A stretch of 64,000 bases of DNA, taken from positions 1,382 to 65,381 of the forward strand of contig JBIOIZ010000005.1 of assembly GCA_044450385.1 (NCBI GenBank). The letters are read 5' to 3'. The notes under the pieces were generated by a model that had not been told where the DNA came from, ran no database searches, and saw nothing but the letters and a program-made list of their open reading frames with translations. This stretch comes from Candidatus Dormibacteria bacterium (GTDB taxonomy: Bacteria > Chloroflexota > Dormibacteria > Aeolococcales > Aeolococcaceae). How positions within the stretch are numbered: the stretch's first letter is position 1; each line of letters starts with the position of its first letter. Shown in pieces: positions 26,993 through 36,742 of this stretch. Both the position numbers and the translations under genes were made by a program.

Positions 26993-27772
26993 CTACTGCT
27001 GCTCGCTCAACCAGCGGTAGCGTGGATCGATGAACACACGCATCGCACGCTGCTCGCCGGCGAGAATCCACAGGTAGTACAGATCATGGCCGGGGGCGGC
27101 CACGACGGGATGGAAACCCGACGTGATCGCTGCAGCGTCACCATCGCGCGCGATTCGCAGATCCTCGTCGCCGGTGTCGAGGTCATACCGCAGCTGCACG
27201 GCGAAGCCGTTGGCGGGACGGATGCGGTAGTAGTAGACCTCCTCGAGCTGAGCCTCATCGGCAGATGCTCGATCGTGGCGATGGGGTGGAAACGATGACC
27301 AGGTGCCCGTTCCGTTGTGCACCGTCTCACCGACGATCAGCCGCGACGCCTCGTCCTGGGGTCCCAGGATCGTGCGAACCGTCCGTCCCCAGCTGTCGCG
27401 TCCGACGACGACTTCTCGCTGTGCTGCGGCTGGAATGACCCGCGCCTCGCCCGCGGGTTGTGCGCCCGCCGGCGCAGCGGCGATGGCGACAGTCAACAGA
27501 CCGGCGCCCTCGCCACCGGCCCCCACCAGCACCGCCGATGAGGCAGGCGGCACATAGACCGCGTCACCGGCACCCTCGAACACGTCAGCTCGGCCGCCGA
27601 CGACCCCGGAGTCCTGGCCTTCGAGGCTGAGCTGCGCACGTCCTGACAGGATCACCACGAGCTGTTCGCTTCCCGGTCCGAGCTCGACAGCCTCGCCCCG
27701 CCCCACCGCAACCACTTCGAGCGAGATGTGCTTGGTCTGCTCACCGGCGCGAATCAATGATGTCGACGTCAT
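26993..27772 (-). CDS. iolB: 5-deoxy-glucuronate isomerase (IolB/KduI-like cupin)
   Basis: WSSFPPHRHD, EEVYYYRI and HDLYYLWILAG match the IolB family. The start overlaps the upstream gene stop (ATGA). Confidence 0.65.
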   Translation of the reverse strand: MTSTSLIRAGEQTKHISLEVVAVGRGEAVELGPGSEQLVVILSGRAQLSLEGQDSGVVGGRADVFEGAGDAVYVPPASSAVLVGAGGEGAGLLTVAIAAAPAGAQPAGEARVIPAAAQREVVVGRDSWGRTVRTILGPQDEASRLIVGETVHNGTGTWSSFPPHRHDRASADEAQLEEVYYYRIRPANGFAVQLRYDLDTGDEDLRIARDGDAAAITSGFHPVVAAPGHDLYYLWILAGEQRAMRVFIDPRYRWLSEQQ

Positions 27773-28896
27773 GCTGTCGATCGCCGGTCGGGATTCGGGA
27801 TCATCGCGTCTCGGACGAAGGCATCCAGGTCACCGCATGCAGCACAGAACTGGCGCAGGGTGCGCCGCGTCGCGCCGAAAGCATCGAACTCGTCGACGCT
27901 GATGCCGTCCTCGGCGTACGCGTGGCGGAAGTCGTCGAAGTGTCGCTTCAGTTCCTCGATCACCGTGGGATGGACCGGGATCTCGATTCGCGGGATCGCC
28001 TCGATATCGCTCGCATTGATGCGCAGCTGCCACGCGTGAGTCGGAGACACGACCGCGTCAGCGCCAATGAACTCACTCCAGTGCATGTGGTTGCGAAACG
28101 CAGCGGAGAGCAATCGGATCCTGTAGCCACGCTCGGCGAAGATCCTGTAGGCCTTCTTGAACACGGCGACGCCGGCCCACTCGAGATATCCGGGATCGAG
28201 GATGATCCCGTCGCGTTCCATGACCACCTTGAGCCAGTCATCGAGCCTGCCGACCATGATCGTGCAGACGGATCCCATCGACGCGACGTCCTGGCCTTCG
28301 TCCTCGCGGCGCCGGAGACCGCGCTCGACCGCCTCGGCCACGGCGATGCACTGCGCAAGGGTGAAGCAGACAGTCGCATTGATGCTGATTCCTCGATGGG
28401 TCGCCTCCTCGATCGCCGTGATTCCGGCGCGAGTCACCGGGATCTTCACAATCATGTTGGGGGCGAGCGCGTTGAATGCGAGTGCCTGCTCGACGATTGC
28501 GTCACTGTTGCGAAAGAGGCGCGGATCGGTCTGGATGGAAAGGCGCCCGTTGCGGCCGTGCTGTGCCTCGAAGATCGGCTCGAGGAGCCGTGCTGCTCGT
28601 ATCGACAGTTCCTCGACGAGCTTCCAAGCGATGGTGTCCTCGGTGGCCGTGGGACGTTCGCGAAGCAAGGTTTCGGTGCGCGGCCGCCAGGTGGCCGCAT
28701 CATCCGCGAGGACCGTCGCGGCGATCACCGGGTTGCATGTTGCTCCGACAGCCCCGTGTTCCATGGCGTAGGTGAGCTCGTCGATCGCAGCGGAGTCGTT
28801 CCAGAGACAGGTCGGCGTGGTCTGGGTCATCTGGTGGAGCGGGCTCTTGTACGTGACCCGCGCGCCGGCTCTGATCATCGAAGCTTCTCCATCCAC
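27769..28896 (-). CDS. transaldolase-family protein (about 370 aa form)
   Basis: TCNPV and MIVKIPVT (Schiff-base Lys context) are typical of the transaldolase/F6P-aldolase superfamily. The start may be at M23 (28830). Confidence 0.6.
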   Translation of the reverse strand: MDGEASMIRAGARVTYKSPLHQMTQTTPTCLWNDSAAIDELTYAMEHGAVGATCNPVIAATVLADDAATWRPRTETLLRERPTATEDTIAWKLVEELSIRAARLLEPIFEAQHGRNGRLSIQTDPRLFRNSDAIVEQALAFNALAPNMIVKIPVTRAGITAIEEATHRGISINATVCFTLAQCIAVAEAVERGLRRREDEGQDVASMGSVCTIMVGRLDDWLKVVMERDGIILDPGYLEWAGVAVFKKAYRIFAERGYRIRLLSAAFRNHMHWSEFIGADAVVSPTHAWQLRINASDIEAIPRIEIPVHPTVIEELKRHFDDFRHAYAEDGISVDEFDAFGATRRTLRQFCAACGDLDAFVRDAMIPNPDRRSTA

Positions 28897-28988
28897 GAAC
28901 CATCCGCAGTCAGCGAGCTAGGGTACGGCGGTCGAGCCGCGGCATGCCAGGTCCCGAAGCGCGCTGACGAGCGTGGCTCGGCGGACGG

Positions 28989-31900
28989 TCAGACGGTCCT
29001 GTGGTTGCTCCACCAGCGCCGCGAGATCACCAGCGAAGCGGCACCCGCCATGACCAGCAGCGCACCGAGGAAGGTACGCCGGCCGTCCGGGAGGCCCCCG
29101 GTTGTGGGGACCGAAGGGTTTGTGCCCGCAGCGAGCACGCCGAGGACACCGCTGTTAACCGCGTTCGTGCCGTTGTAGTTGCCATTGCCCGAGTAGGTCG
29201 CGGTGACCGGATACGAGCCGGGTGGGAGGCTGATCGTGGGCGTGCAGCTGGTTGCCGGAAGCGTCACGGTACAGAGCACCACGTTGCCCGAGGTCAAGGT
29301 CACCGTACCTGTGGCACCGGGCGGCAGACCTGTGACCCACAGCGTGACCGGCCCGCCCTGCACCGTCTCCGTCGGAGAGACATGCACCGTCATCGTCGTG
29401 TCCGCTTTGATGACGGTGAACTGCGCGCCGGTCGCTGTGGCGGGACTGTTGTTGCTGTCACCCGAGTACGTGGCCGTGACCGGATATACTGCCGGCGTCA
29501 GCGTCGCCGGGGTCTGGCAGCTTGTCGCCGGCAGCATAGCCGTGCACAACGCGGTGGTGCCCGAGGTGAAGGTCACGGTCCCCGTGGCGCCGGCGGGAAG
29601 CCCGGAAGCTGAGACGGTATCGGTGGTGCCGTATACGATCATCGCCGGAGAGGCGGACTCGGTCAGCGGGGTGGCGGCCTTGGTCACGGTGAAGCTCGCG
29701 CCGGCTGCAGTCGTGCCGTTGTAGTTGCCGTCGCCCGAATATGTCGCCGTCACCGGGTAGGTGCCCGGAACCAGCGTGGTCGCGGTCTGACAGCTCATCG
29801 CCGGCAGCAGTGCGGTGCAGAGCGTCGATCCGCCCGAGGTGAAGATGACGGTGCCGGTCGCGTCTCCAGGCAGTCCCGAGACTGACAGGGTGTCCTGCAT
29901 CCCATAGGAAATGGTTGCAGGCGCTGCGGATTCGGTCATCGAGGTGCCGGCACGCGTCACCACAAAGCTGGCGCCCGTCGCGGCGCCGCCGCGGTAGTTG
30001 CCATCGCCGGAGTAGGTCGCGGTCACCGGGTACGTGCCGGGAGCCAGCGTGGCCGATGTCTGGCAGCTGAGCGCCGCCAGCGCGGCGCTGCAGAGCGTTG
30101 CTCCGCCCGAGGTGAACGTCACGGTCCCGGTCGCATCGCCGGGAAGACCGGCGGTGGACAGCGTGTCGGCTGTCCCGTAGGGGATGCTCAAGGGTGCTGC
30201 GGACTCGGTGAATGGCGGGTCGGCCTTGGTGATGACGAAGCTGGCACCCGTTGCGGTCGCGCCGTTGTAATTGGCGTCACCTGCGTAGACCGCCGTCACC
30301 GGGTAGGTGCCCGGGACCAGCGTCGTCGCTGTCTGGCAGCTGATCGCCGGCAACGCCGCGACGCACAGCGTCGATCCACCAGAGGTGAACGTCACGGTCC
30401 CTGTCGCATCGCCGGGGAGGCCGGCGACGGAGAGCGTGTCCTGCGATCCGTACGCGATGGATGCGGGTGCCGCCGACTCGGTCATCGCGGTGTCAGCCTT
30501 GGTGACGACGAAGCTGGCGCCACTGACGGTTGCGCCGTTGTAGTTGCTGTCACCGGAGTACGTCGCGGTCACCGCGTAGGTCCCCGGGGCCAGCGACGTT
30601 GACGTGTCACAGCTCGTCGCCGGGAGCGCGGCGATGCAGAGGGTAGATCCGCCCGAGGTGAAGGTCACGGTTCCGGTGGCATCGGCAGGTAGCCCGGTTG
30701 TGGACAGCGTGTCAGCCGTGCCGTACGGGATGCTCGCAGGCGCCGCCGACTCGGTGAACACCGGGTCCGTCCTGGTGACCACGAAGCTTGCGCCGGTGGC
30801 GATGGTTCCCTGGTAGTCGGTGTCACCCGAGTAGGTCGCGGTCACCGGGTACGTCCCCGCGCCGAGGGTTGCGGACGTCTGGCAGCTGGTCGCGGGCAGG
30901 AGGGCCGTGCACAGGGTGGAACCGCCCGATGTGAAGGTCACGGTTCCCACCGCGCCGGCAGGCAGTCCAGCCTCTGAGAGCGTGTCCTGAGACCCATATC
31001 CGATCGATGCAGGCGATGCGGATTCGGTCATGGATGTCGTCGCCCTGGTGACGGCGAAGCTGGCTCCGCTGGCGGTTACGCCTGCATAGTTGCTGTCACC
31101 GGAGTACGTCGCGGTCACCGGGTACGTTCCGGGAGCGAGGCTCGTCGACGTGGCGCAGCTTGTGGAGGGGAGAGCGGCGACGCAGAGCGTCGATCCACCG
31201 GACGTGAAGGTGACGGTACCGGTGGCGCCCGCGGCCAACCCCGACACGGAGAGCGTGTCGCTGGTGCCGTACGGCACGCTCGCCGGAGCAGCCGACTCGG
31301 AGATTGTGGTGCTCGCTTTGGTGACGATGAAGCTGGCGCCGGCCGCTGTCGTCGCGACGTAGTTGATGTCACCCGAGTACTTCGCGGTGACCGGGTATGT
31401 GCCGGGAGTCAATGTCGTCGCGGTGGCGCAGCTCAGCGCCGGCAACGGGGCGACGCAGAGAGTCGACCCGCCCGACGTGAACGTGACAGTTCCCGTTGCC
31501 CCACCGGGCAAACCGGCAACCGACAGCGTGTCGGCCGTGCCGTATGGGACGCTCGCGGGCGATGCCGATTCGGTCATCGACGTGGTCAGCTGGGTCACCG
31601 TGAAGCTCGCGCCGAGCGCAGTCGCGGTGGTGTAGTTGCCGTCACCGGAGTAGGTTGCGGTGACCGGATACAGGCCTGCCGCGAGCGTGGCCGCCGTCTG
31701 GCAGCTCAGGGTCGGCAGCGATGTCGTGCAGAGTGTGGAACCACCCGAGGTGAAGGTGACGGTTCCAGTTGCGCCACCCGGGAGACCGGCCACGGAGAGC
31801 GTGTCCTGCGCGCCATACGGAATGGACGCGGGGGCCGCCGCCTCGGTGAACGTCGGCGTTGCCCTGGTGATCGTCACTGTGGTCGTGGTTGTCTGCGGAG

Positions 31901-33644
31901 CGAAGTTCGAGTCGCCGGAGTAGCTGGCCGTCACCGTGTCCGAACCGACGGGAGCATTGCTCGCGGTGCAGCTCAGCGCCGGCAACGTGGTGGTGCACAA
32001 GACCGTGGCGCCGATGCGGAAGGTCACAGTCCCTGTGGCGCTCGACGGCAGCGCAGCCGTGTAGGTCACCGGCTGCAAGTAGGCCTGCGGCGACGGCAAC
32101 GCCGTCGCGGCGAAGGTGCTGACCTGCACGGCATCGTTGCTGACCGCTGGCAAGCCGTCGATCGATGAGATGCGCGCGGTATTGGTGACCGTACCGCTCA
32201 AGGACGACGACAGCGTGACCGGGATGGTGATATCAGGCAGCGTCGTCCCAGCCGCAATTGCCACCAGCGGCGTATAGGTGCAGGTCACCACCTGGCCGAC
32301 GGTGGTGCACGCCCAATCGGAGGGGCTCGTCGCGGTGCCCGGGGTCATGCCCGCCGGAAGCGTATCGGTGACTGTCAATGGGTTCGTCTCAGGTCCACCG
32401 GCTGCGGTGGTCCCTGGCGTGAGGATGAAGTCGGCCTGGTTGCCGGCGATCATCTGCCCGCTCTCGTTGTCGGACTTGGTCAGGGACAGATCCGGCACTG
32501 CGCCGATCAGTGTCGAGGCCACCAGCTGGTTGACCTCGTGGTACTCATTGGAGCCACCGGTCGAAGCGGTCCACCCAAAGGTCAGCTGATACGGGATCAG
32601 CGTCACGGGGTTGATCCACGACGCGGGAAAGGTTGCGAGGGCGGCGTTGTTGCTCGTCGTGGGCAATGCGCCGCTCAGCGTCTGCTGTGTCGCAGTCCCG
32701 AGTGGTGTGTACGCGATCAGCCACGAGCTTGCCGGGACGGTGAGCCCGCTCCCGGTCGTGGTTGCCGCGCCGGTTGGGTTGATGGCCATCTCGACCGGGA
32801 CCATGGCCCCGGCCCGCGACGTCGCGGTCTGGTTGTCGAGTGTGTTGCCCGGGCCGACATTGCTGATCGTCCCGCCACCGCTGCCGCCGCCGCTTGACTT
32901 GTTGTACGTCGTCGCCGTCGTCCCGAGGATGCAGTAGCCAACCGTGCCGTTGCCCGGTCCGCGTGCCGTCACGGCCTCGGGATATGCCCTGTTGGCGACG
33001 AGCGGGGACGGAATGGTGCATCCGGACCCCCCGGCGAGCGGCGTGTTCTGGTAGTTGCCGTAAACGTCGAGGCCGATGCCGAGGTATCCGAAGGGCATCC
33101 CTGCGGTTCCCGGAGAGCCCTGTGTGTTCGCCGCGTACCCGAGGTCGCCGCCGAGAGGTCCGGTGCTGGTCGGGGGCGTGGGGTTCGAAGGATCGGCTGC
33201 CGCGAGCGCGAACACGATGCCGTCGGCCCCGGTGCCGTTGAACTGATAGGTGTCGAGGGTGAGGTCCAGTCCTTCGGTGGTCGGCAGGCTCGCCTGATAG
33301 AACACGGCTCCGACCTGGTTGCCGGCATTGGTGGTCAGGCGGAGCGCTCCGCTGCCCGAGACGTCAGGCGGGGCGGCGCAGTTGGGGATCGAGGTGGTTG
33401 CGGAGACCGGCCCCGCCGTCAGGCAGGCGCCGTTGACGCCACCGCGCCCCGCGGGTAGCGACCACTGCCCCGCCGCGGTCGAGTTGTTGGCGAACGTCTC
33501 GGCCTCGAGCGGTGACCCCGCGGCGAACACGGTGGTCGGCAGGAGCGCGACCAGCATGGCGATACCCGTCACAAGGCACGTCGGCGTTCGAAGCCGGTGA
33601 ATCAATGCGTGTCGGGAGATGCGGGTCGGGTGAGTGGTACTCAC
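28989..33644 (-). CDS. giant cell-surface protein: Sec signal, L-type (legume-like) lectin domain, DUF11 repeat domain, about 13 tandem Ig-like repeats, C-terminal TM anchor with basic tail
   Basis: The GTG start at 33644 gives the signal peptide RISRHALIHRLRTPTCLVTGIAMLVALLPTTVFAAG. Thirteen repeats of about 91 aa of TVTFTSGGSTLC...SC...YPVTATYSGD.NY...ASF.VT. C-terminus TTGGLPDGRRTFLGALLVMAGAASLVISRRWWSNHRTV. Confidence 0.8.
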   Translation of the reverse strand: MSTTHPTRISRHALIHRLRTPTCLVTGIAMLVALLPTTVFAAGSPLEAETFANNSTAAGQWSLPAGRGGVNGACLTAGPVSATTSIPNCAAPPDVSGSGALRLTTNAGNQVGAVFYQASLPTTEGLDLTLDTYQFNGTGADGIVFALAAADPSNPTPPTSTGPLGGDLGYAANTQGSPGTAGMPFGYLGIGLDVYGNYQNTPLAGGSGCTIPSPLVANRAYPEAVTARGPGNGTVGYCILGTTATTYNKSSGGGSGGGTISNVGPGNTLDNQTATSRAGAMVPVEMAINPTGAATTTGSGLTVPASSWLIAYTPLGTATQQTLSGALPTTSNNAALATFPASWINPVTLIPYQLTFGWTASTGGSNEYHEVNQLVASTLIGAVPDLSLTKSDNESGQMIAGNQADFILTPGTTAAGGPETNPLTVTDTLPAGMTPGTATSPSDWACTTVGQVVTCTYTPLVAIAAGTTLPDITIPVTLSSSLSGTVTNTARISSIDGLPAVSNDAVQVSTFAATALPSPQAYLQPVTYTAALPSSATGTVTFRIGATVLCTTTLPALSCTASNAPVGSDTVTASYSGDSNFAPQTTTTTVTITRATPTFTEAAAPASIPYGAQDTLSVAGLPGGATGTVTFTSGGSTLCTTSLPTLSCQTAATLAAGLYPVTATYSGDGNYTTATALGASFTVTQLTTSMTESASPASVPYGTADTLSVAGLPGGATGTVTFTSGGSTLCVAPLPALSCATATTLTPGTYPVTAKYSGDINYVATTAAGASFIVTKASTTISESAAPASVPYGTSDTLSVSGLAAGATGTVTFTSGGSTLCVAALPSTSCATSTSLAPGTYPVTATYSGDSNYAGVTASGASFAVTRATTSMTESASPASIGYGSQDTLSEAGLPAGAVGTVTFTSGGSTLCTALLPATSCQTSATLGAGTYPVTATYSGDTDYQGTIATGASFVVTRTDPVFTESAAPASIPYGTADTLSTTGLPADATGTVTFTSGGSTLCIAALPATSCDTSTSLAPGTYAVTATYSGDSNYNGATVSGASFVVTKADTAMTESAAPASIAYGSQDTLSVAGLPGDATGTVTFTSGGSTLCVAALPAISCQTATTLVPGTYPVTAVYAGDANYNGATATGASFVITKADPPFTESAAPLSIPYGTADTLSTAGLPGDATGTVTFTSGGATLCSAALAALSCQTSATLAPGTYPVTATYSGDGNYRGGAATGASFVVTRAGTSMTESAAPATISYGMQDTLSVSGLPGDATGTVIFTSGGSTLCTALLPAMSCQTATTLVPGTYPVTATYSGDGNYNGTTAAGASFTVTKAATPLTESASPAMIVYGTTDTVSASGLPAGATGTVTFTSGTTALCTAMLPATSCQTPATLTPAVYPVTATYSGDSNNSPATATGAQFTVIKADTTMTVHVSPTETVQGGPVTLWVTGLPPGATGTVTLTSGNVVLCTVTLPATSCTPTISLPPGSYPVTATYSGNGNYNGTNAVNSGVLGVLAAGTNPSVPTTGGLPDGRRTFLGALLVMAGAASLVISRRWWSNHRTV
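29170..32170 (-). repeat. about 13 tandem copies of a 273-bp unit (Ig-like domain repeats) inside the surface-protein gene
   Basis: Near-identical peptide repeats translate from a near-identical DNA period. The repeats generate many spurious antisense ORFs (29203..29724+, 30307..30543+, 31090..31362+, ...). Confidence 0.85.
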
Positions 33645-34115
33645 AAAGGATCTCAAGACTGGGTGACGAAGACGATGCGAGCCTAGGCGAAAAAGTGTTC
33701 GTGTCAGGGCTTTGTCATATGCCCTGTCCCCTTTTGTGACCCGGAACGGGGCTGGAGTTGACGGCCGCGAGCGACAAGTGCGATCTGGGCGGCCCGCTGT
33801 TGCGTCCTCGTGACGGTGGACCGAGGCGGTGTCCCCTGGTCGCACATGGCTGTTGACCGAAATGACCCCGACGCTCGGGCCGCGTAGTGCTTACGCTAGT
33901 GGTGGTTCGCCCGGCGCGACGATGTCCTCGAAGCAGAGGACGCGTATGAGGACGCCCCGCCCGACTGGTACCCGGACCCGGAGTCCGGGGCGCGCCGATG
34001 GTGGGACGGGGGCGGGTGGACCGACCGGTACGACACCTGGTCTGGCGCCCGACCCCGCAGCTCCGCCGATCGGTCTGAGGGTCGCATCGTCTCGTCGACA
34101 GCGCGGCATTCTCAC

Positions 34116-34573
34116 TTGGGCTGGTGCCGTTCGACCACTTGCTTGAGGCGAGCGAGGTTCCCGCGCCAGATCCGCACGAGCAATGGTCGCGCGACCTGTT
34201 CGCCGAGCGGGCCACCCAACCACCAGGGGAAGGTCAACCGCTCCTCCCACGAGAACATTGTTCGTCGATCGCTCACGTTGCGCAGCGTGAAGACACCGGA
34301 ACCGCGTACCACGCCACGATGGTCAACCCCCATCGCCTGCAGTGGCACCCACTGAGTAACTGCCATAGCGTCGACCAGCCGGATGGGGCCGATCCTCGTG
34401 CGGCAGTCGAATCTCGTGCCCACACCAGAACGTTGCGACGTCGTGAACGTGATCGACTCAGCATCAGCCATCCATGCGACGTGCGACTCGATGTGCTCTA
34501 TCGACGACCATGTTGTCTCGGGCGACGCACCGATCGTCGTGGTGACCCTGATCCTGATGCTCATGGCGACCAT
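34116..34573 (-). CDS. SRPBCC-superfamily (polyketide cyclase/dehydrase-like) ligand-binding protein
   Basis: The C-terminal 150 aa (MVAMSIRIRVTTTIGASPETTWSSIEHIESHVAWMAD...) are used as the gene. The ORF-track N-terminal 70 aa are antisense to orn and were rejected. Confidence 0.55.
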
Positions 34574-34603
34574 TGTGTGTGAGGGGCGCGCTACGATCGC
34601 GTC

Positions 34604-35155
34604 GTGCTCGCCTGGATGGACTTGGAGATGACCGGCCTCGACCCGGCACGCCACGTGATCGTCGAGATCGCCACCGTGATCACCGACGATGACCTCCATC
34701 TGATCGCCGACGGGCCCGACATCGTCGTGCACGCGTCGACTGAGGAACTTGAAGGCATGGATGACGTCGTGCGAAGGATGCACACGCGGTCAGGGCTGCT
34801 CACGGCAATCGAGTCGTCGACGGTCTCCCTTGTAGATGCCGGCCGGCAGACGCTCGAATTCCTGCAATCGCACATCAACGAACCTCGATCGATTCCGCTG
34901 TGCGGCAATTCCATCGCCACAGACCGGCGCTTCCTTGCCGCACAGCTTCCCGATCTCGAGAACTTTCTCCACTACCGGTCGATCGACGTATCGAGCATCA
35001 AGGAGCTCTGCAGACGGTGGTATCCCGATGCCTTCGCCAATGCGCCCGCAAAGCGCGAGACGCATCGAGCGCTCGATGACATCCGCGAGTCGATCGCTGA
35101 GCTCGAGTACTACAGATCGACCATCTTTGTGAGCCCTGTCAAGCCTCTACCGTAG
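34604..35155 (+). CDS. orn: oligoribonuclease
   Basis: LAWMDLEMTGLDP...HASTEELEGMD...CGNSIATDRRFL... is the DEDDh exonuclease signature of Orn. Confidence 0.85.
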   Translation: MLAWMDLEMTGLDPARHVIVEIATVITDDDLHLIADGPDIVVHASTEELEGMDDVVRRMHTRSGLLTAIESSTVSLVDAGRQTLEFLQSHINEPRSIPLCGNSIATDRRFLAAQLPDLENFLHYRSIDVSSIKELCRRWYPDAFANAPAKRETHRALDDIRESIAELEYYRSTIFVSPVKPLP

Positions 35156-36647
35156 CCGCGGTCGTTGCATCGATATCGCGGACCCAGGCGGGCACGGCTG
35201 CGGCGCGGGCGGCTGCACGCCGCCCGCGAATCGCCACAACCAGAACGGCAACCGTCGCACCCACGAACAGCGTTGCCGCGATGAATGCGTGATCGGCGCC
35301 CACCACGAACGCACGCTGCGCCGCCGCCACCGACTGGCCCGCCACACCGCGCGCGGCGGTGCCAAAGACTGACACGAGCACCGCGAGTCCGAGTGCACCG
35401 CCCAGCTGCTGCATCACGTTGACCAGCCCCGACGCTGCGCCTGCCTCATCCTGTCGCACGCCGCTCAACGATGTCGACGTCAATGGCACAAACGCAAGCC
35501 CGTTGCCGGCACCAAAGAGCATCAGCGGCGCAAGCAACGAACCATAGCCGCTGGATGCCGAAAGCGGAATCAGCAGCAGCATGCCGATCGTCGACACGGT
35601 GAACCCGAACACCATCACGTGCTTGGCGCCGAATCGCTGCACCAGCCACCGCGCGCTCAGCTGCGACATCGCGAACAGCGCGATGGTGAAAGGGAGGAAT
35701 GCCAGACCCGCCTCGATGGGGGTGTAGTGCAGCACCTCCTGAAGGAACTGGGTCAGGAAGAAGAACATCCCGAACATTCCCGCGGTGAGGAAGAGACGCG
35801 CGACGTATGACGCGCTGCGGCTGCGATCAGCGAAGAGTCGCAGTGGCGTGATCGGCTCAGGGGCGCGCCTCTCCAGCAGCACGAAACCCGCCAGCAGCGC
35901 GACACCCACAGAGAACGCGGCGATGGTGATGGTGTCGCCCCATCCCGACGTCGCGGCACGCACGAAGCCGTAGGCGAGCGATGTGACACCGATTGTCGAG
36001 GCGAGCGCACCGCGAACGTCGAAATGACCGTTGCGGCTGGAGGTTTCCGTGAGCAGTCGCCGTGCGAGCGCGACCACGACAATGCCGATCGGCACGTTGA
36101 CGAACAGCACCCACCGCCACGACGCCCACTGAACCAGCAGGCCGCCGAGGATGAGGCCGATGGCCCCACCGCCAATGGAGACGGCGGTGTACCAGCCGAT
36201 CGCGCGGACGCGCTCCTGGCCGTCCTGGAACATGGTCATCAGGAGCGCAAGGGCCGAGGGCGCCGCAAGCGCACCGCCGATACCCTGCAGCGCACGAGCC
36301 GCCAGCAACCAGCCACTCCACGGAGCCACGCCGCCCAGGAACGAGGCGAGGGTGAAGAGCCCGATGCCCGCGATGAACACGCGGCGGCGTCCGAGCAGAT
36401 CGCCTGCCCGCGCGCCCAGGAGCAGGAAGCCCCCGAAGGCGAGGGTGTAGGCGGTGATCACCCACGACAGGTTCGTCGGGGAGAAGTGGAGCGCCCCGGC
36501 GATGTCGGGGAGCGCGATGTTCACGATGGTGGCGTCGAGGACGACCATCAACTGGACGGCCAGGATGATCCCGAGCACCAGGCCCCGGCGGGTCCGGCGC
36601 GGGGCGGCCTGGGTGGGTGGGGCGACGAGTGTGGCAGTGGGTGGCAC
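35139..36647 (-). CDS. MFS transporter, DHA2 (EmrB/QacA-like, 14-TM) family
   Basis: VVLDATIVNIALPDIAGAL is a DHA2 N-motif. About 500 aa, polytopic. GTG 36647 is preferred because GGAGG lies 6 nt upstream (TTG 36653 is the alternative). Confidence 0.8.
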   Translation of the reverse strand: MPPTATLVAPPTQAAPRRTRRGLVLGIILAVQLMVVLDATIVNIALPDIAGALHFSPTNLSWVITAYTLAFGGFLLLGARAGDLLGRRRVFIAGIGLFTLASFLGGVAPWSGWLLAARALQGIGGALAAPSALALLMTMFQDGQERVRAIGWYTAVSIGGGAIGLILGGLLVQWASWRWVLFVNVPIGIVVVALARRLLTETSSRNGHFDVRGALASTIGVTSLAYGFVRAATSGWGDTITIAAFSVGVALLAGFVLLERRAPEPITPLRLFADRSRSASYVARLFLTAGMFGMFFFLTQFLQEVLHYTPIEAGLAFLPFTIALFAMSQLSARWLVQRFGAKHVMVFGFTVSTIGMLLLIPLSASSGYGSLLAPLMLFGAGNGLAFVPLTSTSLSGVRQDEAGAASGLVNVMQQLGGALGLAVLVSVFGTAARGVAGQSVAAAQRAFVVGADHAFIAATLFVGATVAVLVVAIRGRRAAARAAAVPAWVRDIDATTAATVEA

Positions 36648-36687
36648 AGACAACCTCCGGATGGCGTAGAATCAGGAAACGGACGCT

Positions 36688-36717
36688 ACCTCCGGAAGTA
36701 TACGGAGGTTACCTCCG
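36688..36717. promoter_or_regulatory. palindromic operator-like element ACCTCCG-N8-CGGAGGT-T-ACCTCCG between divergent MFS and TetR genes
   Basis: Three alternating 7-bp half-sites are seen directly. The position is typical for a TetR operator overlapping divergent promoters. Confidence 0.5.
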
Positions 36718-36742
36718 TTTTGCAACTGAGGTTTGGTGCCAA

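Noticed and set aside
27757-29178. 473-aa plus-strand ORF
   Set aside because: Antisense to the transaldolase-family gene and the adhesin 3' end.
29203-32589. Multiple 70-170 aa plus-strand ORFs inside the adhesin repeat array
   Set aside because: They are periodic antisense translations of the 273-bp Ig-like DNA repeats. Highly similar to each other only because the DNA is repeated.
34604-34783. N-terminal 70 aa of track ORF 34116..34783(-)
   Set aside because: This part is antisense to oligoribonuclease. The SRPBCC domain begins at Met71 (34573).
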